From Perna viridis (taxonomy: Eukaryota), in the NCBI GenBank assembly GCA_037379345.1, contig CM074513.1:53609195-53673194 (forward strand): a stretch of 64,000 nucleotides of DNA, in the 5' to 3' direction. The notes under the pieces were generated by a model that was given only the letters and a program-made list of their open reading frames with translations, was not told the DNA's origin and did no database searches. Made by a program: the position numbers and the translations under genes. Of this stretch, positions 11,990 through 51,200 are shown in pieces (position 1 is the first letter of the stretch; each line of letters opens with the position of its first letter).

Positions 11990-12755
11990 GTCACTTTTTG
12001 GCCCTTATTCCTAAATGGTTCCAGTCAAAACCTCAAATCTGTAGAGGTATGGCACCTTGCAGTTTCTGCTCCCTAATTTTTACTTGGCTCTACTCACTAA
12101 AAACTAAAAATATTAATTCCAGCCTTCCTTTAGTCACTAATAGTGCTATGGCACCTTGCAGTAAAATTTATACGAGATCCATTCACGTTTACACAAGTTA
12201 TTGTCTGGACACAAGGAAAATGTTTTGTTTTTGATAGACCCCTTTTTGGCTCATAATTCCAAAAAGGTTCAAATCTTAACCCACAACAACAATCCCAGTC
12301 CAGTGGTGTATGATACATTGTAATACAATTTCAAAGAAATTAATTCACTTATAGTCAATTTATCTAGAATCAGGAAAATGCATGATTCTGGGCTCCTTTT
12401 TGGCCCCTAATTTCTGATATAATCAAATCTTAACCCCCAAAATCAATCCAAGTCTGACTATTGTAGTGTAGAATACTGTGAAACAATATCATAGATGCTC
12501 CTATGCTTTAATTTAAATTCTATAAAATGCTTGTTTTTGACCCCAATTGACCAGTAATTCCCAAATTGTTGGGACCATAACCCCTAAAATCAATACTGAC
12601 CTTCCTTTGTGGTTTAGAACCTTGTAAAAAAACTTCATAAAGATCAACTAATATTCAACTTATCAAATGAAAACCAAGTGTCTATGAACTACAACATGAA
12701 CAATGACAGTACCATAACATTACGTGACTGCAAATTTCTTGTAGTTGTATAAAAC
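11990..12755. mobile_element. Decayed Helentron-associated (HINE/DINE-like) element with internal 170-180-bp repeats
   Basis: Repeated units such as tttttggccc(c)taattcc...aacccc(c)aaaatcaatccca...ccttccttt. A related fragment lies near 9040-9190. Confidence 0.45.
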
Positions 12756-12975
12756 TATAAAAGATACAATTCAGAAAAAGAGTAAAAAAAATAGTTTGGG
12801 TTAGTTACACCAGTATGGCTAAGGGGTAAGGTTAGCTGTATTATCAGTTAATCAATATTGTTTACAATAAGATAGTGCATCATAGGCCTTCAAAGGCTGA
12901 CTGTACTTGTATTCATGGTTGTATAGAATGATAAATCAGGTTGCATTATAATAATAAAACATATATATATATATC

Positions 12976-14332
12976 TGTAAAACTCAAAAGTGTGATGGGG
13001 ACGCCGAAGTGCTTTGGTCGTGCTGATCTGCGATGGTCAACGCTGAAGTACATTTGATGTTTAACGCAACGACGCGGAACTGTGTTGGTACACTAACGTC
13101 ACCACGAAATTTTACGTGCATAAGCGCGTACAATGTTACAGAGAAAACTAATAAACTGAAAGGCAAGTCATGAGAGTAGCTAGTATATTGTTGGCTGTTT
13201 AAACAAATGTAGCATGCATCATGATAATTATTGAGTGTTAACAGTACATGTATTTAATGCAGTATCAAAAAAATTAAAACATACGTTACAATACTCGAGG
13301 TAATGCGAGAAACATAAACTGTAGCTATAGGTTACAAAAGATAGCAGATATTGAAAGTGTTATTTTATGCATCATGAAAACTATAACAGATATAATTAAA
13401 ATATTTACCAGGACAACTTTGTTACATGTACAATTGTATAAAAATCAGAAAAAAATATTGCTTTTTTATAACTTTGATATCATGGAATTTTTCCTTTTGA
13501 AAAGTAACACATGATTTCACAATGAATCATGGAGCGTATTCTATAATTGAAAGGCGAAATAGAAACTGCAATATACAAGTTAAAACTGTAATAGAATGTC
13601 GAAGTTCGGATGGACCAGACTGACACGTTTCTCTTCATATTACGTATAGTCCGTTAATCCATCAAATCTAGTAAGACCTCTGTAGCATCAATCATTCTTT
13701 GATAACCTTAGCAGTAGTGTATATGATGACACACATGCAGAAAAAAGCAATGTCTTATACAACATTACATTTGTATTTGCAGATTCTACAGGTACTATAG
13801 ATCAGTTTGTATGTAGTACATGTAGTTTATACACTAATACAGAAGTCTTAAAGCTATCCACAACCATTCTATAGCTAAGCTAGTCAAGAAATATTTTCAT
13901 ATTAAAGAGTACTCGTCCTTCTAAGAGACTGCCAGTTTTATTCAATTTTCAACTGGGTGTAGGAAAAAAATGGAGAAAAATTATTAAATTTGTGTTTATA
14001 ATTTCCTCTATAGTTGGAAGTATGAACGAAATGAAAGCAGTTTTTTTCTGATTGCATGTAGACTAATATCATATCGGTAGAATTTCAAGATAATCGTATA
14101 TTTATGGTATCAACGGAAAAAATCTACATGATAGTCAAAATATTTCAGTGAAGTACACAACAAAACCGCACCTTATTGTAGTGGCCAACGCATTTATGCA
14201 TTGCTATTGGCAGAAAATAATCATGTCTAACCATCGCAGTTCAGCGTGATCATAAACCAGCTTCGGCGTACAACCATCGCACTTCTGTGCGACCATCATA
14301 TCTCGTCTTCCATCGCGGTTCCGAGTCTTACA
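12976..14332. mobile_element. Non-autonomous DNA transposon with TGT...ACA ends and subterminal repeats, inserted in (TA)n (Ginger-like)
   Basis: Left end tgtaaaactcaaaagtgtgatgg; reverse complement of right end tgtaagactcggaaccgcgatgg. Each end has 4-5 copies of an about 17-bp CCATCGCA(G/C)TTC(A/G)GCG-like motif in inverted orientation. TA runs flank both sides. Confidence 0.7.
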
Positions 14333-14450
14333 TATATATACCAGAAGGCATGTGAAAATTACTAGCACTTACCTCCTTCAGGCATGATGGCATGACTAAC
14401 CCTCATTACAGTTGAAATTTATATGAATTATATTTAAACAAGGTATTATT

Positions 14451-14684
14451 TGAATTAGGAATTATTTTGGAATTTAGAAAATGACAACCAAAATAATTTG
14501 TAAAAATAACCCTTACTAAGAAGGTTAGTCATACCGGCATGACTAAGGGGTAAGGTTAGTTCCATAACAAAAGGCATGGAAAACTTACTAATTCCCTTAG
14601 TCATGACTAACCTCCCTTAGCAGGGGTAAGTTTTATAATATTTTTTGAATTTTTTTTCTTAAATCCAAAATAATTCAAAATTCA
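14451..14684. repeat. Diverged inverted repeat (fold-back relic)
   Basis: 14451-14532 is roughly the reverse complement of 14603-14684 (atgactaacct..cttag..gggt...aatccaaaataattc). A related motif also occurs at about 12799-12840. Confidence 0.55.
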
Positions 14685-14894
14685 TATCATACTTATTTTT
14701 TATAAAAAATTCAAAGTAATTAAAATACCTTGTTCTATAGTTAAAGACCATGTTTCAGTAAAAATTATATCATCTTCTCGGAGTCTTTTCTAATTTTGTT
14801 CCTTATATTAAAAGAAACGAATTAAGTTCAGGAAAAATTTAATGTACAATGTTTAAGTATCTTTCTATGTTGATCCATCTTCAAGAACCTAACC

Positions 14895-15267
14895 AGTATG
14901 GTTCTGCCTAAAAACCAGGCAGAGGGTAGTTCTTCGTATCTTAAGACAATCAATAAAACTGCATAAATACATTTGTTAGGTTCTAAAAACAACTCTTCCT
15001 AAGTTCATGTCCTTGAATGTGCTACTAATTGTAAAATATTTTGTGTGTTAAAATTCTGGCGAAAATTTTCCTGTAATTTTTCTGTAGTTGAACATAACCA
15101 AATTTAAGTTTTAATATCTCCAGTGAACTACATTTACTGCACAAACATTTCCTAATACAGTTTCTATGGGGCCTACAGAAGGATTTTCAATAAAAAAAAA
15201 TTGGGGATTAAGAATTGTTTGAGTCACCATTATAAGCCTCTGCCTGGTTTTTAGGTAGAGCTGTACT
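14895..15267. mobile_element. MITE with about 31-bp TIR
   Basis: agtatggttctgcctaaaaaccaggcagagg ... cctctgcctggtttttaggtagagctgtact. Confidence 0.65.
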
Positions 15268-15522
15268 TAACAATAGAAAAGTTCATAATGGACAAAATTA
15301 AGATAATTTGGAATATTTAATTATTTACAGATACCTCCAAAATGAAGAAAAACAATATGACCCTTTGAAATCTGCCTTCAAGAATTGTTTTGTTACTAAT
15401 ATTTCCAATATTTGATAAATAATTCCAACATTGAAACTTTTAGATTTTTGTTTGTTGGACATTCTTTTTTTGTTGAGTTTGTGAAAGTTGTTCAAATGTA
15501 TAAATGATTTAATTTATGATTT

Positions 15523-15683
15523 AGACAACCAAAGGGTACATGGAGAAGGACGTTAGAAGGGGGGATGAAAATGAATGGAATCAGTTGGGATGAAATGGAA
15601 AGAAAGGCAAAAGACAGAGGTGGATGGAGGACCCTGGTGGATGCCTTATGTGTTGCACAACTCTAAGAGGATATGATGATGAA
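15523..15683 (+). mobile_element. 3' fragment of an RTE-clade LINE
   Basis: Translates RQPKGTWRRTLEGGMKMNGISWDEMERKAKDRGGWRTLVDALCVAQL* followed by a (TGA)n tail. This fits the typical RTE ORF C-terminus (W..A.DR..WR.LV.ALC). Confidence 0.8.
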
Positions 15684-17593
15684 TGATAGAGATCATCTTA
15701 AAGTACATACATGTATGTTAATTTCAAGTGATAAAAAGGAAATTTCTAAATGATTTCAATCCTAAATCAATTTCAATCAAAAAATTATTTGAAAAGGAAT
15801 TGAAATAAGATAAACATCATTTTGAAATAATTTGCCTAAAAAAGCAAAGTGTTTAAATTCCCAAATATAAATACATGTACATGTATGTCTCTTTTAAGAA
15901 ATAGATTCTACAATGTACATAGCCATAATTGTCAAATGCTATATTTTCATGAAAAAATACTAGCATATTTCTATTTATTTAGTGGAATTGTATTGTATCC
16001 CATATGGCTCCCCACTTGAGAAATCTCTGCACCAGAAGTAGGTTACAACACCAAAAATGGCAAATAATTGACATCTGATCTTCATTCAAGGGTTTAAAAA
16101 TTAAACAATGACAAAAATATGCCATAATATACTGAAGTGAAAAGTAAAATATTAAAAGAAATGAATATATTTATTTTATATTTATATAAATAACATTAGC
16201 GTTGTCTTTCCAGATCAGTACCTCGGTCTAACAAATAACATTTTGAACATCAGAAATGGGTTAACCCAGGAGATGTATAAACTGATTATCAAACTTAAAC
16301 TTAAAACTTATTGTTTAAGTTTTTGCTCTTAACTTTCAGATAATGATAATAATAATAAAAATATGGACTAATACATGCAAGTGTGTTAAATCGAACATGC
16401 TTAATTTACATATATAATCAAGGAATTCTTTATACATTCTGCGATTAGATCTTAATAAGTGAGGTCGCTCTTAAATGTATAGAAATTCATCTAATAATTC
16501 ATCATACTGACACTTGAGAAACTTTCGTCTAAGCATAACACTACATCTGGGTACATTAAGCTTAAAAAATAGTAAAAATGCAGCCTAGACAAAAAGTTTA
16601 AAGACGTCTTTGTTCTACTTCCTGTTAGAGATCTAGATAACACCTGCAATCTACACTGAACCCTGACAATTTTTCTGATAATCTTACGATTATTTGGAAT
16701 CTCCCACTTATATACTGATGAAAAATTCCTAAAAGAAACTTGGCAAAATGATGGCATGGAGTCTAATTTGTTGAAAAGGGAACCTGATATCTTTGCTTTG
16801 GACTTCACTTGCACTAAAGACCACTGCCCTCCTCAAATTAATAATATTTGCAGCAGAGATAATTGCCTGGAAAATATAATTTACTGATTTTAATGATCCT
16901 AGACTAGAGAACCAAAAATTGAATTTTGAGTATGATGTACCCCACAGTGTTAGCTTATAGAGGCAAAACCTACTCAACATTTGCATTGCATTAGGATGAA
17001 AGGAATTTCCAACCTATTATGTATTGTAAAGCATCATAGACCTGTAATTATTTTTTTAATGTAATTTGTAAATCATGCAGTTAAAAACTTCCATTTTTTC
17101 GGCTGAAAATGAAAACAAATTTTGCAAACATTCTAAAAAAAGAATCACTTAAACATATAGAAAAAATAAATTACTTCAGATTAAAATCTTCCATTTACAA
17201 TGTCAATACGCAGGAATTTACATCTCTACTTTTGACAGGTGCTCTTTGTTTACAAACATCTCAGTGATACCGATTTTTACAACACCCTTTACACAATGAC
17301 ATACAAACAGTCAAAAGACACAAATTCTGTTTTTTCCAAGGGGTGAAAAATATTATTTATTGAAATTTAAAAAGCTTTTTGATTTCTCTTAATAATTGAT
17401 ATCATCAAGTGAATTCGCTGATGTAACAATTCTTTAAATCTGATGAAAAAAAAAATAATATAAAAAAATATCTCGATAAAGGGAGACTTGCACGATACCA
17501 GTTCTCCTCCATATTTGTTATTCTTCGCGACCAGACGTGTCTGCGATCTATAAAAATGTTTCCTGCTGAAAAGACATGAAAATGAATGGGCCC

Positions 17594-44408
<26,815 letters not shown>

Positions 44409-47400
44409 AGAACAACCATGCTGGATCTACCCTGGATGATCTTTCTCACATTATTAGGGAACTTAGTGGATTGAATGTCCTGACTGAAGGGAAAATGCAC
44501 TGTGAACAGTTGTCTGTACTGGACAGCAAAATGTGCAAAACCTGAGAATGGAATAAGTGCTACTGTGGTTGATAAGTCTTTCATTGTTTCAGATTTGTTT
44601 CTGTACTGTACTGACTGTTCTTGTTGTCCCTGTATAATGACTATATCAGTAAATATTTTAGTTTTTATACCCAGTTGCATGTCCGTCCATCTGTCCATCC
44701 CAGAAGGCTTCCAGATGATAACTTGAGAACAGATCAATGATTTTTTTTTAAAAACTTGCAGAATTGTGAAGTACCATATAACAGGTTGAGCTTAATTTTT
44801 GGCAAAACCCAAAATTTAGGTTTTTAGTAAGGCAATTTGAACATTTTGCCATCCCCTATATTTTAACATTGTCTCGTGGGGTATCTCTTAACATTTCATT
44901 GATGCACAATATTATAGGCGTATTTATCAAAATCAGGTCAAAAAAAAGTTTACATCAACGGAAAACCCAGTCTGCTGTGATTAAAACTGCTGATTTTGTA
45001 TGAACTTGTATTGGACAAACTTATGTAGTTATGTACAAGATACATGTAAATTACCGTTCAGTAAAAGTATCTGTGATAATTTGTTAATTTATATTTTTAA
45101 ATGATTTTATTGGATATTTATTTGATTATATGCTTCATTTTGCATTGGTAAATAATAAAACATAATTCAATGTAATGATTGTCATCTCAGGATTTTGAAA
45201 TGGATGCAAATATATGCTTCTTAAAATTAAAACATGTAGTATAATACAATATAGATTTAATTATACCCCCTACAAACAAGGTTGTTTTTTGGGGGTATAT
45301 TTGTAGAAACCACCCTGAAGGTCTTTCTTGTCTGTCCACAGAAATATGTAGATGTTAATGAAGAAATGTAACTGTTGTCTAATGCATATTAAAGGAAATA
45401 ATTCAACTTAATGTTAAAATCTCTAAATGGAAACTAATCCACTGAAGGATTTTTGATAAGATTTGATGTTAAGGTTAGGCATCATATGTTAATGTGTTTG
45501 ATGTTTGCAAAGGATGATAATCAATCTCAAGTACTTCACAATCTTGGGGTATTATCTATGTGAGCTTGCTCACAATATTTAATTTAACAATGAATGTTTA
45601 AAATGCAGTTTATTTGTGAATCTAAAAACAAACTCTATGTACGAGTGAAAAAGCGTTTACCTCAATTTCTTGAAAATCTGATAGTGAGAAAACATATTTG
45701 CTTTGATCATGTTAGCTACTGGTATGAAGTTTGTTTATTTATAGAATTCAAATATACTGAATAAAGTCACAATATCATCATTCATGCTGTTTTAGAGTGC
45801 TTGTAGCATATATGAAGTGCAATGTAGGTATTTATATGTATTTGTAGTGATTAAATCAGTATTAAACTTAGAATAGATAACTTGCGTGTGTTCTGAATAT
45901 GTACTCAACCAGTCTATGTAAAACAACAGTTATCAGGTGCCAAGGTTAATGTTTTAGGGGTAAATTTGTTTATAGAACAAGTGGTTTAGACTTTTTCTTT
46001 AAGTGCAAAAGTCTTTTTTTTTAAGCCAAGTGTATTTGTAAAATCAAAATCAATCTATATGTCAAAAGTTTTTTTAAGGGAAAACTCAGAACAGTTGGTG
46101 TTGGGCATTAATACACTAGTTGCACACTATTTTAGTATATTGTCAGCAAGGTTAAAGACATCAGAGAAGTATCTCATTAGCCAATGATCAGTGTTCTGTC
46201 TGTTATCAGAAGTTTGATTATGTGTAAATCATGTTTGTCTTTGCTTTAAGTTTCTAGTCACTATCCTATTTATTGCACTTATCTTACTTTCACCTTTAAT
46301 AATTAAACATTGGTACTGTTTCGAATTTGAAAGTTTAATAATTTTCATCAGTCAATATTGATTAGATGAAAGGTTTTTTGAAATAATAGAGCCTATTTTC
46401 TGGTGGTTCTCACATTTCATCAAGACATAGTAACGAAAATTAGTAAGAAATGTTTGTTGTGATCCAGTTCTTAGAATCTGGAGGATATATTTCAAATGAA
46501 CACATATTAAGGTTATTGGGAACAAGTTGATCTGTATTTAAAGATATTTGTATCTTTGTTTTTAAAATAAAAAATGTGATTTTTTTTCTACTTTTTTTAT
46601 TTGTTAGAAATAATGCACATGGGAAACTCAAGAGTTACAAACTTTTTCTGAAAATATATAATTAGCTAATTTCACTCACAAAGTGTTTATTTTGGAAAGA
46701 TGCTGGTTTAAGGAAAGTTCCAGTTTGATCCTGCAAGTAGAGACGTTTACAAAACCCATCAAAATTGGTTTCTCTGTTGTTTACTCTCACTACTAATTTT
46801 GGCTGACCTGTTATTGTCTTTGGTACAGCAATTTCCACAATATTTGTTTATTCTTAGGTTTGTGATGCAAGAAATGATTGAAGTTGGCTTAATTGCCAAA
46901 CTTTTACTTGTCAGCCTACTTAGTTCTGGTAAGTATGGACACAACATTCAAGCTGTTATTTTATAAGCTTCAGACAAATAATGTATGTGGACATAGAACA
47001 TAAAAATTTGAAATTTTATATTTACCAATTTATTATGATCCAAAATTAAAAATCTAGCTAGACATTGCTCCTAACCATACTAATGCCCTGTGCAGCCTGT
47101 TTAACCCTGTACATCTAGGAACCAATGTGGACATACAATTTATATTTTACACAATTTTTATGGTGGAAATACTACACACTTTTGACACACAATTTTGACC
47201 AATTCCTAAAACACCAAACTCAACAGTGATCAGTACTATTTTTTTTTTTTGTTGTTGACAAAACAATAACAGAATATGACTAATTCCTGACAATACACGT
47301 CTCCATATGGTAATCTAACACTCCATTGAATTTCTTGATTCTTCCCAGTATGGTTATCCATCACCCTTATCAAGTTTTCTTTGAAATCAAAGTTATATAT

Positions 47401-47634
47401 TAACATCAATCAATTTGAAAACAGAATCCAAAATTCAAAATCTAAATACTCCGTTGGATTCAGCACATCAATGAACCACAAAATTTCAAGATTTCACTGA
47501 TGTTTCAACAAATGAGAATATGAGAGACTTCCTATAACCCACCCTGTGGATCTGCATAAAAAATCCAAACAATCATTTACTGCATTCCTAATTTCTGAAA
47601 TACATCACTTCCAACAAACAATGTTTCAGAGCAT

Positions 47635-47659
47635 CTATATGTGTGTGTGTGTGTGTGTG

Positions 47660-47694
<35 letters not shown>
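47635..47694. repeat. Compound microsatellite (GT)n(ACAT)n(AT)n
   Basis: Directly visible. Confidence 0.95.
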
Positions 47695-48269
47695 GACCCT
47701 CCATAATTACTAAGTTTAATTCTTTTCTTTCTGGTTTATCAAAATATTTTTGGCCAAACCCCCATAAATCAATCATCCTTCTATATTATGGAACTCAACA
47801 TAGATCCATTTAGTATTACTCAATTTTTTTACAGCATAGCTATGACAGCAAACATATGAAAATCCTCTTTCTATTAAATCAGAAATGGTATATGTATTTC
47901 TACAGGTTCACTGCCTAATATTCACTCAGTTCTAGGTTTGTGTTACTGTACTGGCATTTCTGTTGTATTGTAGAATGTATGTCAAAAGGTAAGCTCAAGA
48001 AAGAAAATGAGAAGAAAATGACGGAAGGTTCATAATAAGATTTACCAAAATCTGACACACATTCATCCACATTCTAGAAGTACATTGTAGTTATGGAAAA
48101 AATTTTCACCCCAAAGTTAACATTCACAGATGATGTTTAAATAAACATTGTATTTCTCTTCCTTGAGATAAATATTTCCTTCTTTGATCCTCCTGCTTAC
48201 TAGTAAAGGACTCTCTACTGGTCTCCTATACATCATTTTTTGATGCTGACACATCATCATTAATGGACA

Positions 48270-51200
48270 TCATTCACCAAATAATGACAGCATATGCTTG
48301 TCTATCATTTCTCTTACTACAAAATAAGATACAATTGCAGGTTAAACATTTTAAAAATTAATAGAATCATTAGGTTTTATCTACAACTTAAATCATTTAT
48401 CATGAAAAAAACAGTGTTCAATTGTTAATTGAAATCACAGAATAGAAAAGTAGTCCTGTGATAGTTGTATTTAGATAAAACATTAAGTTATTGTACTACT
48501 ATTTAATTACACTTGTTTACCAAGTTTACATGTCAAACACAGTACATGAAAATTATTTGATCTAATCTGAAAGTTTGAAGCAAGTTAAACTAAAAATCTT
48601 CAGCCTAGTTTTGTTAATGTGAAAATTGTGACTAGACTTACTACATGTAGGTTGTTATCATTTTAGGAAAGAATTTTAATTATTAGATTGATAAGCTCAA
48701 CTTGAATATTCAGCACAAGTAGTTATATCACATTTAATGTATTAACCAATGATATTAATTGAATCTATAAGAACAGCAAAATGGACATGTCAGCACATCG
48801 ACATATAGACATAACCTACGTCACCACGTTGCATATTGACCTTACGTTATTATCCAGATACCAAATGACTACAAATAACAACACATCACCAACAGCATGA
48901 TACATGTACCATAATACAACCCCATATTTTTTTTAGTTATATAAAAATGCTTTAAAATATCCAAGTCACAATTAAAAATGCCAAAAATACAAGAATAGAA
49001 AGTACCTGCTGCATTTCCTTGTCCCACAGCCAGTTCCATGGCAGTCATATCATCTTCATTCTGTACAGTGAGGTCTGCCCCTGACTCTAACAGCAGCTGT
49101 ACCACACCAGCATGATTTCTATAGGCTGCATACATCAGAGCTGTACTACCAGTCTATAGATATAATACACAGATAAAAGTAGATGGTATTTTTTGTATAA
49201 ATATAAAAAACCTGATATTTCATCTTGTTACCTACAACAACAGTTTATTCATCCCAACTCTACAAAAATGTAGAAACTGTTTCTAGGAAAGGCCCGTTAC
49301 AATCTTAATTATCTTCATCCAATGTTCTGCTTACTTTTTCATGTTCTGAACCAGTCCATAAAGACTTTTTGATATTGAGGTAGTTTATACAAAGAAAATA
49401 GGTCAAAGAGATAACAACCCAATACAGAGGTCAGAAAGTCCTGACTTGGAAAAGATACAAAAAATGTGGCATGGTTCAAGTACTTTGGCTTGATCACAAC
49501 CCAAACCTATTACATGGGGCATTCTTTTCTGTCATCTTGCAAAATCCTACAGAAATAGTGTTTGAAATGATGTAAAAAATGTCTTTTAATAATTTAAAAC
49601 AATTTTTGGCATAAAACTATATGTGGTAAATTTACAAAGTTATTTTAAAAAGCCTCTTTCAAGGGGGAAATAATTGATGGGATAATGTTCTATAGAAATG
49701 TAATGGGAATTGTAGGTTTTTTTATGTTACAAGAAAAAAAGTTCAATGACCTCCATTTTCTTCTTGAAACATGTCAGATAAGTGGTCTTTATACAAATAT
49801 TTTAGAAATTTTATCAACCAGTTTTTAAATAGTTTGTGATATAGTGAAAAGCTCCTACAGAATCTATATAAAATGTTGTAAACAAATCTACTATTTTTAG
49901 ACTCGGTGATCTTGAAACTATGTTCAATGACTTGTTTTTTTATATTAAAATTTCACAGTATGTTTTTTCAAAGTCGCCTTAGAGAAAAATGAGGAAAATC
50001 TATATGCTTGAAATAGAAGGTATGATCTACATTACATGTCATTTTCACTCAACAAAATATACCCCAATTACACATTACCATTTACATCTAATGAGAAATA
50101 ATTTTATCAAAATATGTTTTATACCTCATCTACATAATTAATATCCAGGCCTTTTTTTAGACAAAGTTTGACAATATCCTTGTATCCGCCAGAGCTGGCC
50201 AATAACAGACAGTTTTCTCCATTTTCTCCCATGGCACAGATATCAGCACCATTATCTATCAGGAACTCTATAGTAGTCAGCTGACCATAAGCTGCTGCCC
50301 ACAGTAAAGCTGTTAATCCACCCAGTTCATCACATTTGTTCACATCTGTACCTAATTAAAATAAACAAAACTGAAGATGACCTTATTATGAGATACTACA
50401 ATGTTGTAATTTTAAAAGATTGAATGATAATATTTATTGTACAATATTCACTCTCCATAAATTTTTACTAACATAATGCCTTAACTGGTCTATTTTTATT
50501 TGCCTTCAAAATATTAAATATTCAGACTGAAATTGCAAACTTTTGATAAACAAGTAGCTTAAAAAAAGATTATGTACAACTGACTGAATATGGTTCGATA
50601 AAAGTATTATGTACGACTGACTGAATATGGTTAGATAAAAAATATTATGTACAACTGACTGAATATGGTTAGATAAAAAGCATTATGTACAACTGACTGA
50701 ATATGGTTAGATAAAAAGGATTATGTACGACTGACTGAATATGGTTAGATAAAAAGCACTATGTACAACTGACTGAATATGGTTAGATGAAAACATCATG
50801 TACAACTGACTGAATCTGGTTAGATGAAAACATCATGTACAACTGACTGAATATGGTTAGATAAAAAAACATTATGTACAACTGACTGAATATGGTTAGA
50901 TAAAAAGCATTATGTACAACAGACTGAATATGGTTAAATAAAAAACATTATGTACAACTGACTGAATATGGTTAGATAAAAAGCATTATGTACAACAGAC
51001 TGAATATGGTTAAATAAAAAGCATTATGTACAACTGACTGAATATGGTTAGAAAAAAACATTATGTACAACTGATTGAATATGGTAAGATAAAAAGACAA
51101 TATTTAATTCAACTAAACTACTAAATAACTCATAAATTTTATTCTGACTTTAAGATAGTTTCTGAAATTACCGTCATTGATTTCTTGTAGAAGTAATTTT

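Noticed and set aside
12985-14290. Long-range RNA duplex suggested by G-U-compatible differences between the inverted segments
   Set aside because: Better explained as transposon ends with repeated motifs. The differences are transitions, several at CpG, and no plus-strand transcript is evident.
17556-17579. 7-codon uORF overlapping an in-frame KATNAL2 ATG (ATGA)
   Set aside because: The TSS is unknown. A TATAAAA at 17549 would place the start downstream of this ATG, so the uORF cannot be supported.
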